Below are positions 49,726 through 63,609 of a stretch of 64,000 nt of DNA, piece after piece. A program made the position numbers and the translations under genes. Position 1 is the first letter of the stretch. Each line of letters opens with the position of its first letter. The stretch comes from Macrostomum hystrix (taxonomy: Eukaryota > Animalia > Platyhelminthes): positions 9,052,001-9,116,000 of the forward strand of contig CATNEN010000007.1 in NCBI GenBank assembly GCA_950097015.1. Reading direction: 5' to 3'. Below the pieces are notes generated by a model that was given only the letters and a program-made list of their open reading frames with translations, did not search any database and had not been told where the DNA came from.

Positions 49726-50652
49726 TGCACAATTTGGAATCAATTAAAGAAAAACAGGAGACTCAGCGCCGGAAACTGCGGCCGATGCAGCTGCAGAGGC
49801 TGACTAATGAGCAGACGGATGCCAAAAAACGATTTCAATGAATGCAAGACACCCGAGAGTGCGGAGGCGGAACAAGTCGAAACGCAAGAAATCAGCAATC
49901 AGCTTGCCTAGCTGCACAGTTCGAAGGGCTTCAGTCGCTATCGAAAGGCAGAAGCTGAGAGTAAAAAACGAGAAGTGAAAGGCCTGGAATTCGCAAAAGT
50001 GTCCGGTGTCAGGTCATCAAACAAAGCCAAGCGCTACCTGCAAGGCCAGGCAGGATTGAACAAAAACACCTTCTGACTGTTGACGCGGAATTTCGGTGGG
50101 CCCGAAATCCGCTTCTAGCAGGCAAAGATGACGAAGCAAAAATAATTGTTTACGCAAAGCAACAAGACAAGAAATGTTTGCTTGAAAATAAATATCGTGG
50201 TAAACTGAAAAATATTTTTTTCACGGAACACTCAGCTATGCCCACTCAGATGATATAAAGAACTGCTTTATTTTGCATTAAAAAGTAATCCGAAGCAATA
50301 GACAATCAAGCCCCTGTAAATATAGGACATGGCTGAGCAAGTACTAATGAGAACATCAGATCTCCAGATTGCAGCAGCGCATTCCCTAAATAAATATTTG
50401 CAGGTGAGCGACTGGAAATAAAAATGCAACACATTCGTTCGAATCCTTGAAGCGCTTAGCGAGCTGACTAAATATTTAATTTCCCGCGACAAACCTCAGG
50501 ACTCAGAATGCGGTTCAAACTAAAACTGATTGGCCTGCAGTTTCGACCGGAGTCCCAATGTGCCATGAGCCTGGTTCAGATGCAGGAAAATAATCTATAA
50601 GGAAAGGCAGAGTGCAGCCAGCTTGGGTGCCAACATGCTGGCTAGAGAATCA

Positions 50653-51472
50653 TCAGATCAGGGCACAGCAGAACTGGCAGTGGTCACATGACACAATGAG
50701 GCTGTCAGCGCCCTGACCGTCGTCAATTACCAGCACGCCAGTCTCCTCCGAGCACTGGGAGGCGTGCGCACTGGCGCAGTCCAGCAGGGATTCGCGCAGC
50801 TCGCCAAGCGACAGGCCGGTGTCTGCAGTTGGATAGAGTGGTCGGCGGACTGTCGGGAAAATAGTATGTGTTACATTGAGTCTGGTGAGCTGATGCATAT
50901 GGAGGAGGCATAATACTCAAGGACCCGTGAGAAATTCCACCTCAGCTAAACTGCGCACCCGAGTTTTCGCCATCACCGCAGCAGCTGGCGGGCAGGCGGA
51001 CAATGAAGCCGCAGTCGCAGACGAGGCGGCCAGCAGGGGCAGTTGCGGTCCGGCCGCCGACGCCAATCAGCAAGCGGAGCTGCCGGCTGCGGCAGGCGGG
51101 GCAGACGCAGCCGCACTGGGTGAGCTCGCGCCGCATTGCGGCCTCGATCTCAAGAAGGTCGTCGCCGTCCATCCACTCGAAGGCGGCGCCGCCACCGCCG
51201 CCGATCTCAGCATCGAGGAGCTGCTCTAGTTCGCGCCGGATGTCGTAGTCATCTGCGGCAACGACAGCGCCACCGTCTTCTTCTGGTAGGCGACGCACGC
51301 GGCTGAGAAAATCGGATCGGCGACGGCGCATCTCTTCCAGGCAGCGCCGACGGAAGTTGCTGCGCCAGGGGCTCCGGTGTCGCGCCTGCTCGTACAGCAG
51401 TTGGTGGCCGCGGCCGCCTGGGCTTCCGGTCGGCGTTTTAACACCGGAATTGGGCGGCGAGGCACCAGACAT
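50653..51472 (-). CDS. RPAIN: RPA-interacting protein (RIP/RPAIN), 2 exons (51472-~50960; ~50822-50653)
   Basis: N-terminal LLYEQ...SPWRSNFRRRCLEEMRRRRSDFLSRVR; acidic middle; C-terminal CPAC...CDCG...AHASQC...CDHC zinc ligands; phase-1 intron. Confidence 0.85.
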
Positions 51473-51974
51473 CTGCAGAGAGACGGGGACCTATCAATGC
51501 CTTCATGCTATACGGCTAGCTTTAAGACCAAGAATACCAAGCTTTTCCCGCCCGTTCTAGTACTAAGGAAAGGGGAGTTCACCCAGACGATTTTTGCTGC
51601 ACCTGAACGGAGCTAAGCCATCAGTGACTTTTTCAAATAATGTTTTTCAACAAGCCATGTGTACTTTCCAGGGCTCGGTTGCTAAGGAATCGGAATTGGA
51701 GACATTCGCAACCTAGTCTGCCAAGCCGGCTGGTGCCACCCGTTGAAGGTCTAGAAACTCCGCCAAGGCGACGACAGCCTAGGATACACCGAAGGCTGAG
51801 ATGATCAAGACACGTGGTCGACAAGCTGATGAATTTTTAAAGCTTGGCACATTGAGTTGCATTGCTGATCAGCTTACATGCATTAGCTCTTGCAGAAATC
51901 ATGAACCTTCTGTCAGAATCGTTGACTTTCTCGACGTTTGGGAGGTGCGCCACAAAAAGTTGGCCTCTATCATG

Positions 51975-52576
51975 CAGCTCTGAATCTAGAAACTGGAGAG
52001 ACAACTCCCCGCCAAACTCCCATTTTCCGGACCAGTGTGGGCTGACTGGCTGGCCCAAAAATACACAAAGCAGATAGGAAATTCTGATGCACTACTTGAA
52101 AGGTTGAAAAATGAAAAATTGCCCTTTTGCAGTGCAAAACCTTAAAAAGCTGTGATGCAGAAACCTTTTTAATCACCAGATTTTAGCGCAATGTAGCTGT
52201 AATTACAGAATACATCAAATAAACTATTAACTTTTCAAAAAAGCGAAAAGTAAGAGACATTTCTGCAGAACAGCTTTTCGAGTACATGTCTAAAATATGA
52301 ATTTTTGTCTTCCTTAAACTTTATAGAAGCACAGCTCACTAGCTAAAACAGGTAGACCCACAAGCTTCAGCTAAATGTAGAGAATTTATTCGGCTTTCTA
52401 AAAAAACTTTTTAAATTATGTTGGACAATTCGGATGTAGTTTGTGTTTTTCTCCAAGTGTGCATCGGAACTTCCTATCTGCTTAGTGTATGTTCGGGACA
52501 GCCAGTCAGCCTACACTGGTCCGGAAAATGGGGGTTTGGCGGGGAGTTGTCTCTCCAGTTTCTAGATTCAGAGCTG
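51975..52576. mobile_element. MITE with ~125-bp terminal inverted repeats
   Basis: CAGCTCTGAATCTAGAAACTGGAGAGACAACTCCCCGCCAAAC... is inverted at 52450-52576; CATG flanks both ends. Confidence 0.85.
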
Positions 52577-54012
52577 CATGCCCCTTTGTTCTAGCTAGAC
52601 TTTCATGCGTTCGGTTCTCCGTTCAGGCGCAGCAAGAATTAGCCGGGGAATTCGCCCTTGACGACTTGTACAGTTTATAGCTAGAATTGCACCACAGGCT
52701 AATATGAAAGACGCCTGCAATTCTTCATTTTGGAGGGACCGATTTTTTGCTTAGCTAAAGTGCATCGTCAGCTTCTACCTGGCTGCTCCCCCCGGCAGCA
52801 GACGGATGAGGCATCTGCCGAGGCTTGTTAGAACAGACCGCGGCAGCTGGCACAGGAATTAATTAAGCAACTCAAATTTGCGGGCTCGTGTGCTGCCGAG
52901 TACGCTAGCGTGATGAGACTGCTAATCCTGCCCACTAATTATGCTAATCGAAACCTGCACCGGCAGTGTGGCGTCTATTTTTTAAATTCGCGAAAAATTC
53001 TAAAAAACGATTAAAATGAAAGCGAGTGGTCTTAGAGGCGCATTGAAGCTAAGGGGCAGGAATTTATTTGACTATTCTCAACTCCTGAAACTTTCTCAAC
53101 TAATTCCAAAATGACAAGCCAGATGCACAGCCAATCTTTGAGTATGCCTTGGAGTGCTGAAAGAAATCTCTATATATATTTATAATTGTTGGAAACGGGA
53201 GTGTATTCAGTATCAGAGAAGCGACAGAAACACAGAAAAGTCGAACAATTAATTAAAAACTAATTAAGTACTGAGACACGAATCTGGATTTTTAAGGGGG
53301 TCAGACAGACAATTTAGAATACGAATATTATTCTTTGATTAAGTGAAAATATGCATGCTTTTTACTGCTAATCTATGCGTACTGAGGCATACCACAGTAT
53401 GCCCACATGATCAGCAACAACACAATTATGCTTGCAGGAGTTATGCAGGAACGTAAAACGAAGCTAAGCTAATTAGAGCCCTATCGAATGACCAATAATA
53501 ATTTCTTCTTATCTGGTCGCCTCAGCGGTGAAATACCCGACTGTGCACTACTGCAAGTAGCACTGTCAGTTTCTAGAATTTCTGCACTTTTTACTGTCAG
53601 CGTAAGGGAAGTTTTTAAACATAATAAGAGTTTTGAAACTTTAAAACTATTAAATCCAGTTTTGGCAAGTACAAGATTAAACAGGTGGGGATTAAGAGCC
53701 TAGAGCCATATGCCAACAAGCGCTCACTAATAATGGCGCAATAGACGGAAAAGATATTCCTACAATTAAGACAAGGAACAAAAATTATAGAGCGAACACA
53801 AACCAACCGAGATGAGAAACAGGATCTATATTAGACAATTTTGAGGAAAATCATAACTAAATAAAGCAAAAAATTTACACATTTGAACTAAACGGCTGGA
53901 GGCGAATGGGGCCAGCTTTATCAGAACAGCCCGAGGACTGGACCATTGCAAACGAATACTGATGAGACTGGTGCTCTGAAACTGCTCAGATAAGCCGCTA
54001 GATAGTCTATGG

Positions 54013-54332
54013 CAGGGATCGGCAAGCCTATTAGCGTGCGGGCCACAGAGAGAACCTAAGAGACGACGGCGGGCCGTATTAACTGTAGGAATATGAGAAA
54101 GGGGAGGGATGAGACACGGGAGAGATGAGACACGGGAGAGATGAGACACGGGAGAGATGAGACACGGGAGAGATTAGACACGGGAGAGATTAGACACCGG
54201 AGAGATGAGACAGGTGAGAGATAAGACACGAGAGAGATGAGACACGAGAGAGATGAGACGGGAGAGATGAGACACGATACGGACCAGATTTGGGAGCTTC
54301 GAGGCCCGCGGGCCGGAGTTTGCCGACCCCTG
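54013..54332. mobile_element. hAT/Charlie-type MITE carrying an internal 16-bp tandem repeat
   Basis: TIRs CAGGGATCGGCAAGC / GTTTGCCGACCCCTG; 8-bp TSD GTCTATGG / GTATATGG; GAGACACGGGAGAGAT x~10 at 54110-54275. Confidence 0.85.
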
Positions 54333-55162
54333 GTATATGGTCATTGCTGCTAGAATAGCAAGTAGATGGTCACTAGTGACAGCAGTTTACTGCCAGAATA
54401 GTCTATGGCAATTACTGCTCGAAAATTATGTTTTATCTTGTTAGTATAGTCAATGATATGACAAATATGTCGAAATATCAGAATGGTATCAACTGTCTAC
54501 GGTAACAAAGCTCAACATCTATGGATGCAAGTCAAGATAAAACAACAGAGCCAAACTGAGAGCAGTAAGCTAGCAGCACAACAAGCTGATGCCAACTTTC
54601 TGTATGGTTTATAATAGACTTTCACGGCGGCACTCAGTCCAAGGTGTTTATAAAAAATATTGAAACACGAGCAAGGCAAGCAAATATTAAATAATTAATA
54701 ACTGAATAATTTCGCTCAACAATCACAGACTATGGAGAGAAGGGAGCGGGTCGGAGAGACCCAAGGAGACAGTACAGATAGGAGCGGGCTTAACTTAGCC
54801 CAGCCTGACTACACTGGGATAAGCGGAATAATACACGACACAAATCGGAATAGCACAAGTACTGAGTGTCCTTGCTAGCATATATATGTACTTATATACT
54901 CGTGCTAAATATACCGAACAAAAGCGCGCATTGTGCAGCTTAACCTGCCACACTGGGAGTCGGACAGTTTTCCTGAAAATACCCATTCCAGTGTGGTAGC
55001 TTAATAAAACCTCATAAGATTAAACTAATTATTATATTATTAACCACAATTTCTTTTGAGATTAAAAAATGTCGAATCAGAGCAGGCCACACAGGAGGAG
55101 AGCTGGGGAATTCACTATTGGCAGCGAATCGGAGAGCATCCGCAGACCAGCCGCCGCGCCGT

Positions 55163-58100
55163 CTATTTGCTCTTGCTGTGCTGGATCAGCCACTGCAGTG
55201 TGATGTCTGCAATCGAAAGATAAAGCGTAGATCTTGTGGTATAATAATAATTGCAGGAGGGCTGCGGGCGCATCATTTAGCGACACTAGACCCGCAGCCA
55301 GCGAGGAGGCAATTCTGCCCATTTCGCTGACTCCTGAGCACACACGCACACAGATACTGTACGCAGGCACACGCTCACACAGGTGTGTACATCTGCCCTG
55401 ACTTTATCATCGTCAGGCAGTGTACACTTCCCTGTGCCTTGGAGGTTGGCCCTCAAGGGCGTAAATTTCGCGACAAGCCCCCAAGCCTTCTCTCCGCGGC
55501 TCCGCGCCCCAAATTAATGTGGCCTCGCCGCGGAATCGAACTTACTTAGGGACTTTGGCGCGAGGGGCAAACGCGTTAATCGCTCTGCCACCGACCTAAT
55601 TAGAGAGAAGGGAGCAGACTAGAGGGCGGAACGTGGCGCAAAGAGTTCAGGGCGGAGTAGAGTGAAAATCTAAAAAAAAGTGCAGACTAAATGAAGGGCC
55701 GAGTTTAGGGTATCAGTTGAGATCGGCCAGCACGGGACTCACCGATATTCTCCTTCTCCTTGCAGCTGATGGAGTAGCAGCAGATCTCCCTGTCGGTGAT
55801 GCCGTCCAGACTGAGCCGTTCGATTAGCTGCCGCTCGTTGAGTGCGCCCTGCAGGTCGCGCTTGTTGCCCAGCACCAGCACGGGGATGCCCTGCAGCTGG
55901 GGCTTGTCTAACAGGTTGTGCAACTCATTCCTGGCGGCCTCGAGTTTGTCCAAGTCGGCGGCATCCACCATGTAGACGATGGCGTTGACACCGCGGCAGT
56001 AGCGCTCCCACATGCTGCGGAAGCGGGGCTGGCCGCCAATGTCCCACAGCTTGATGGTGACGCTGCCCTTCGTGATCTTGCGCATGTTGAAGCCCACGGT
56101 GGGGATCATGTCCTCAGTGAACTGGCCAGACTGATGTTGATGGTTGGGAAGAGTGTTATCAGCTATAAATGAATCCAATTTGCATTCAAGAATTCTACAT
56201 TTTCATCTGACACCCGAGTGAAATCTGCAGATTGTAATATGATTATCAGTTTGCCTCAAATCATTTAAATCCAGTAACATTTGCTGATCAATAATCAATA
56301 TTCCCATGTTAATTATTCCATCAAATGACAGGTCAATTGGGTAGCTAGTATATAAAACAAAGTTAGATTGCTAAAAACGAGCATTAAATAGTTTTAGGTT
56401 TATAAATCTGTGTCTACAAATGTGTTAAGGGGTGCTGAGTTAAAAAAAAGAAACCATTTAGTTCCATCTAGAACCACTTTCTATGGAATGGCTTCCCTAT
56501 CATGGAATGATCACACTTAGTTGGTACACAGGGAATTAGGAATTTCAAAAGCGAATTATTTGTTTAGTCAGTTTTATTTGTTTGAGGATGGCAAATAAAT
56601 AGGATTAAACTTCAAGAGTCCAGGAGACATATTGAAGATTATTCATATTTATCATAGGATGGCGCTAATATAGGTACCCCAATATATAGGAATGCCACAC
56701 TAAATGGGACATGGTGATTCAAGGGTTTTGGTTTGGGTAAATTCTGTGTGAATATTAAATAGGATTAAACTTCAATAGAGGCATGGTGACCTATTGAAGA
56801 TTATTAATATTTATTATAGAGCGGCCTAAAGACTTGCGAGTATCCTAATATATATGAATTAGACATCATGACTGCAACAAATGCCAACAACTGCAAACAT
56901 ACATTCTTGCAATTAAGCTCATGTTTTTGTTAATTTATTCATAGATAGTTATTGTTCATAGGATTAGATAAAATCTGACTAGTTTCAACTTTCTTTTTCA
57001 TATAAACTATGAGCAAACTTGTACCAACTATATTATATATGCATTTTTTGTTATTGGTAAGTTACAAGAGTCAATCAACAACCCAATGTCTATGACCACT
57101 AGAACTAGAATGTAGAAGACAGTGGGTGAAGTTTCAAGTCAATTGGTAAACCTAAAGTATTTCATAGGATTAAAGTTTAAGAATCCTATAAGAATACCAC
57201 AAGTGATTTTGTGTTGTAACTATGTACAACTATGTAATTAAAAATTAGAAAAAAATAAACAAAATTATTAAACCTCATTTTGCAACAAAGTGTGGTGCAT
57301 ATTACTGATAAAGCAAATACAATTCTTTTTTTAATTTGCATTATATATATAACTCACATCTACCTTCTATGTGCAAGACATAGGAAAACTGTTTTTTTAA
57401 TATTGATAGTTAAATACAAGCTTAAAATATACAAAAGTTATACATTTATTGAGTTCCACTTGGAATGTTTTAAAATGATTATAAAACTGTTACAATCATA
57501 ATGTTCTTATAATAGGCCTATTGCTTTTGAACTTGTGATTCGTGATTTTAGACCTAGGTTCCATATTTTGTTTTTAAAAGAATTACTATAAATTTGGAAG
57601 CCTAGCAATATGTTCAAGTGCAGATAATATAGCTAATTTCTAGAAACACAGTTATTTATTTCTTTTTCAGTAATGTGTCCAAGTTAAATAGAATTAGTCT
57701 ATTGAGATCAACTGTTTGACCTTGGTCATATGTAAATCTGATCCTAGACACTTTGTCATCTTACAACTTTGTCATCCACTTGAAGGTAGGCCTAGGACAC
57801 TTCATCATCCAGCCAATTGGTATACTTTAAAGTTTGGTCAGTTCGTCATCTACTAATAACAAGCAAATAAGTTTGTCATCAATAAAGTAAGGGTGGGGTG
57901 GTGGGGCAGAGGTGTGAATACACTTCACACTCTAAATTGACAAAAAACTGATTTCATTATAAGAGTTGAAAGATGTGAGGAGGGGTGGGGAGGGGTGGTT
58001 CTGTTTTAAATTTGAAAACTTTTGTTTTATAGATGACTAAGTGTCCACAAGTCTAAGTCTCTTCGTCATCCACCCTAAGATATTGGACAGATCGTCATCT

Positions 58101-58572
58101 GGATGACGAAGTTATAAGATGACGAAGTGTATAGGTACCTGTCAATCAGCACACCCATTTAAACTAGTCAGTTTGTTATCCATTGCAACCAAATAGTATT
58201 ACAAAGTGACTAGCACCAATGTTGGGCAGCTGTAGAAATTTGCAATGAAAATGTAAACACAAGCATGGAATTGGTTATACTTTATAATAGGCCTATGCTT
58301 AATCCTTTGCTATAGCTAGCTAGCTGTTTAATTTTTAACTGTATTTATTGAATATTGGCTTCACTTGATCTGTTTCGATTGGCTTATTCTTGTAGAACTG
58401 TTAAAGCAATGCAAGTACTTAAGAAAAAGACATACGAAAAATTTCTTACGGCAATAACATTGACGAATGTTGTTTTTCCGGAGTTTTGAAGTCCGACAAG
58501 TGTCAGTTCCATCTCCTCCTTCCAAAATAGACTCTTAATCCAGTCAAGAATCCTCTGGACGAAGGCAAACAT
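55163..58572 (-). CDS. ARL8: ADP-ribosylation factor-like GTPase 8, 3 exons (58572-58450, 56130-55743, 55206-55163)
   Basis: [34 protein letters not shown] / [16 protein letters not shown]...[19 protein letters not shown]...GNKRD / [14 protein letters not shown]. Confidence 0.97.
55301..55596 (-). mobile_element. tRNA-derived SINE family A (ARL8 last intron)
   Basis: Minus strand GGTGGCAGAGCGATT (A box) ... GTTCGATTCC (B box); homologous to 21800-22032 and 6221-6304. Confidence 0.8.
57741..58139. mobile_element. MITE with ~40-bp imperfect TIRs and subterminal (T/C)GTCATC repeats (ARL8 intron 1)
   Basis: Left CCTAGACACTTTGTCATCTTACAACTTTGTCATCCA versus right reverse complement CCTATACACTTCGTCATCTTATAACTTCGTCATCCA. 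Confidence 0.7.
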
Positions 58573-60674
58573 TGTAAGCAGCAGATTTTCTATATAATAT
58601 TAGGCACCAAATTTATTACAGCAGAAGCAGCTAGGTTAAATCAACGGTACTCTAAAGATGACCCGATAGAAAATTTTCAATTATTATCATAATATTTTAC
58701 ATAAAAAAACTATGGACTTTAAGCTTTTTAAAATAGATGCTTTGCAAGAAACAGAAGCCAGTAATTCTATTTTTACACTGCAGTTTAAGCAATAAAATTT
58801 TTTATTTGATTCCGGCGTGCACTGTATGTTCTTTGCCGCTAAAAGTTCTTTGGCCTTTTTACTATTGTTTAAATACTTAATTTCCCTCGTAAATCCAAAT
58901 CCGAATCGCTCACTGAGCAAAAGTAACAATAACAAGATAAAGAATTTTTCCAAGGACAGCTTATTAAGGGTCTTGAGCCTGGTACTTAAATTTTATTTAG
59001 ACTAGAACTGGACCAAGGACTAGCTAGAATACTAGTAGATTACCAGTCGGGTCCTTTTGTTTTCATATTGCAACAATCAATAGTGTTTTTACTTCTAGAT
59101 CGTTAGAAGATGCTCTGAAAGAATTCATAAGTTAGCATTTAGTAATTTTTGCCAATTTATCTACGCTATTTACAAGGACCCACTTAAGAACCTTGCCTAT
59201 TCCTTGCATGGATTTTGAACCTCAACATTACGATGATCTCTCAACATCGACTGCACAAAATATTCACCGATGGACTACAAATGCAAACCTCAGGTCAGCA
59301 ATCGGTGCATGCAGTCGTTGAGCTCTCCCTCTTTTTAAGACGAATTTTTGTAGCGTTATGCCGCACATTGGCTGAGAATTTATATGTTCAGTTTAATTCG
59401 GAAGAGCTGCCATACTAGAATCTGCAGTCGATACGATCCCAGCTCAGCGCTTTGAAATAGCTGAGAATATTGTGATTGTCCGGAAGAAGACCTGATTTTT
59501 GCCTTCACACAGTTAAGCGTTTACTGCACAAGCGTAAAATAAAGTACATGCATTACATAACGACAGACCGCCAATCTACAGACCGGTAATAGATTCTAAA
59601 GTAGCTTTTGCTGTAAAATGTGGTATGTGAACTAAAAAATATCTTGCGAGAATATATATTAACTGCAACCTAACTTCCTTGATACGTTTTGTTTAGTATC
59701 TTACATTCGTACACTTATCAAGATCATTTGACTTCATAGGCGAAGTGTGATAAATTTTGAGAGTAAGGGGGCAGTTGTAATAAGAGCAAAAGTGGTGTGT
59801 AAGAGCACAGCGCCAGCTGTATTTGTTAAAACCAAATTATTCACTATTCAAGATTTCATGTTCCCAGACGATTTAGGCGCCAAGCAAGGCTTGTGTTTGC
59901 CATGCGAATTTTTTTATTTTGATGTGAAAATTTCTCCTTAGATATAGATATCCCTCTTCCCAACCAGAGCCGGATCACGCTCGGTAAGCAAAGCTGGTAT
60001 ATTTCAAGCACTCCGTTCTCAGAGCGCAATCCGCACGGCTCTCCACTTCCCTCTATGAAACATTTCCTTCAAATCAACAAAAACTGCCGCATTCCCATTC
60101 CAGGCGGCCTCCCGACAATCGGTCTCCCCCCGGCATCGCCTCGATCCACTTCCTGCAGTCCGCCCCGGCCCGAGCTCCACGCATCGACAAACAGAAAAAT
60201 ATGAAGAGAAAACGGACTCTGCTCCGCATGGGTGGCAATATTGAAAGAGTGGGGAAAGCAGAGAATCAGGGGGTGGGCGCTCCGGCAGGAGGGAAGAGGA
60301 GGGGAAGAGGAGGGCTCTTGGGATTCTCTCTCCGTTCCTTCGTCCGCTTCATTCCATGCAGGGCTGGGGGGCGAGGCCTGGCTGGGGAGAGAGGCTTCAC
60401 AGTCCAGCCGCTGCACGGAGCGTGATCCAGATGGAAGAGAAGGTGCAGGAGGGTCTGTCGTTATCGCCTCCCCATTCGCCCTGGTCCGCCCTTCCACTCC
60501 CGCAGCACCAACAGCCCCAGCCTCACCTGCTGTGTGCGCCTATAAGCTCGCCATTTTACGATAAGCAGCTCAGCTTGCTCCTCTCCCGACTAAATCCCCA
60601 GACTTGCCTGCCTCCACGGCTTGAAACCTCAAAGAGGAGACTCCCGATCTCTCTGCTGCAGCAACAGATCGCAA

Positions 60675-63609
60675 ATGGCTGGCCAGCAGAAAGCATTCGG
60701 CATGCGAAACTCGACACTGCGAGCAGGGCCGGTGAGTACAGACGGGCATTCACAGGGCAGGTTCGTGAGCAGACCTTATGAGCAGCTGCGGTATTAAAGC
60801 TGCAGTTTTTGCTAGCGCCTGCTCGATAATGGGAGCTGCAGCGGAAATTCAACAAATGGAAAGAAAGGTTGCAGCAGGGCTGGACAGCATTTTCCAGCGC
60901 TACATCTCAGCTCCCCGCATTCAGGCTTTCAGGGAATTGAGCTGGGATTCGCTCGGCTCCTAGGGAAGGCATCAAATTTTAATCACAGGGCTGGGCATGG
61001 CTAAATGGCTTGCCTTTGCATCGCAGCCTTTATTACCGCCCCGCTCCCGAGTGCTGCTAATTTAATGGTTGCCATAAACGGAATATTGCTTTTATGCTCC
61101 ACCGATGCATAATGCAACCATTGTTGTAGCCTCAGAATCTGAAACAGACGCTGGAAAATTGCAAGCTAAGAAACCTATTCTCGCCCTACCTTGTGTCCGT
61201 TTCAAAAAAACGGAATAAGTTGATTCAAAGCGCAATATTCATGAAATTTACACAGGGTGGCACGCCGGACGCAAGCGGAGACGACACGTCCGTGTTCCAG
61301 AACCCGCGCTTCCGCCTGTGCGCGCACCACATGAGCGCCGGTCAGCAGGCGGACGAAGCCATGCCGCTCTACAACTTCTTCGTGTGCCTGAACGACTCGC
61401 GCTACACCAAGATCTTCAGCGACATGGAACGCGGCATCAGTGACAGGCGCGACCGCGGCCTGCCTGTTCTGGCCGCCATCATCGGCGTCTACTGCCTCTT
61501 CATCCTTTTCGGCGGCTTTGGAAACGGCCTTGTCATGCTGACTGTCTGCCGCAACCGGGCCATGCGGACAGCGAGAAACTTGTTCATCTTTAACCTGGCG
61601 CTATCAGACTTCATCCTCTGCCTGTTCACTCAGCCGCTCAATCTGCTGCGTCTGTTCCCGGACTACATCAGCTGGGAGTACGGCGAGGTTCTGTGCAAGG
61701 TGGTCAACACGCTCACGGGCCTCAACATGTTCGTGTCCACCTTCTCCATCACAGCTATCGCGCTGGATCGCTTTCAGGTGCGGCTGCTCTCATGAAAATC
61801 GCTTGACTAGAAAGGATTAAAGACGCTCTGAAAGACGGATGGCTCGCAGGGAATGTGAAACTGCTAATCGGGAGGAGATTAAACCTTGCTAGGAAGGGAA
61901 TTAGTTTTCCCTTGTGGAAAATTAATTTTCTGGTCAGCAAGCAAGTCTCAATTGAATAAATCTCTTTGTGATCTATATTAAAAACCTAAGCACAAAAGAG
62001 TGGCAGCAGATGCAGAAAATGAAATTGACGCGCTTACGTCACTGCGAACAGAGGCTGTTTCCAAATGCCTCTCTTCCGAGCCTCATCAAACTTCTTAATG
62101 GGGAAGCAGGCCACATCCCGTCATTACCTGCGGAGTTTGGCTTCGTACCCATAATGTCACGTGAAAAGATGGATTAACTCGGCAAGCGAGGACTTTGTAA
62201 GGCCGCTCTGATTAAAACCCGTAGTGCTTGGACTCATCAGCTATGCTAGAGTCTGGCCGGACCATCGGCCTTGGGATTCAGAATAAAGAAGAGGAGAGAA
62301 AGGAGGTCCAGTAGAAGGACCTCACTCGTTCTATAAGAGCTTTGTAATTAAACTCCTTTTGTGTTCCCAACCTTTTTGCTCTTAATCAACTGCCCCAGCG
62401 TCGTTCCGGTTGGCTCTTTGTGACTCAGCTCCTCCCATCGAGTGCTTGATGCTTATGTCAGTTAAAGCATAGCCCACAAATCATAGCCTTCGGCTCGCAT
62501 CCAATCGAGTGTGCTTTAAAAAATCTTCATCCTGCGTGTGTTTGACGATTGAAAGCGAGCTGTTAATCGTCAAAGCCAAATCTGCTGCCTGAATCCTCAG
62601 GTGATCGTGTACCCGACTCGCACCAGAATGGAGCGACGCACAATGGCCCTGTGCCTGATGGCCATCTGGGGCGCCGCCGGCATGATGGCCAGTCCGCTGT
62701 TTCTCTTCGCCACCATTGAGCAGAACCGTCTGCAGTACGGCAAGCCACAGAAGATCTGCAGTGAGACCACCACGCGGATTTTTGTGAAGTACGCCAAGCT
62801 AGCCTATGGCAGCGGTGTGATGGTAGTGCAGTATCTGGTGCCACTCGGCATTGTGGTGGCAGCATATGCTAGGATCTGCGTGCGCCTGCAGCATCGCATG
62901 CGCAGCTTGAAGCAGAGGGGCGATCACCGTTCTGCCTACCAAGCCAACCGAGAAGCCACGGAAGCCGTTCGCCAGAGACGGGCCAACCTGCTGCTTGTCA
63001 CCATCGCTGTGGTGTTCAGCCTCTCCTGGCTGCCCCTCACCATTGTGAACATTGTGCATGACTTTCGCGTCCTGAAAGTGAGTGTCTGATTGAAATTGTG
63101 TGCCAGAAACGCGAAAAACTTTGCATCTTTTCAGACTAATATGGCCTTTTGCATTGCCTAAACCTGTATAAACCTCTTGCTAGGTCAAGGAGCGCCGCCA
63201 AGGATCTTCGGACCGTACCAGCCTTCTCGGCTTGGAGAATTCCAGCTCTGGTGACAGCACTCTGCTCATCTCCGTGTCACAGAGCATCCCGCTGCTGCTA
63301 GTCCTGGTGTCGGCCTGTCTGAATCCTGTCTTCTATGGCTGGTTCAATGACAACTTCCAAACTGAGTTTCACCGCCTGCTCTGTCTCAACCGTCTGGCCA
63401 GAGCTGGGCCAAAGTTTCGCGCGCGGGTTGGCGCCAGCAGTGGCGCTAGTGGCGGCGCCAGCGCCAGCGCCAGAGTCGATGCAGGAGCCGCCGGCACCGT
63501 CGGCTCGAAGCCAGGAGACGCCGGGCAGACTATCCCGCTGATTGTACTTGAGTCCGCCAGCGGAGTTGCTGCTGCCTCTGCTACCGAGGCGGATGATATA
63601 GAGGCTTAG
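60675..63609 (+). CDS. Rhodopsin-class neuropeptide GPCR, NPY/NPF-receptor-like; exons 60675-60731, 61256-61777, 62601-63077, 63184-63609
   Basis: GN in TM1; RNRAMRTARNLFIFNLALSD; WEYGEVLCK; AIALDRF; QYLVPL; FSLSWLPL; SACLNPVFYGWFNDNF; all phase-0 GT-AG introns. Confidence 0.9.

Noticed and set aside
52909-52980. C-box GTGATGA suggesting a snoRNA
   Set aside because: No suitably placed D box (CTGA) or terminal stem.
53955-54000. CTGATGA...GAAAC hammerhead-like motif
   Set aside because: Stem II and the cleavage-site pairing do not fit.
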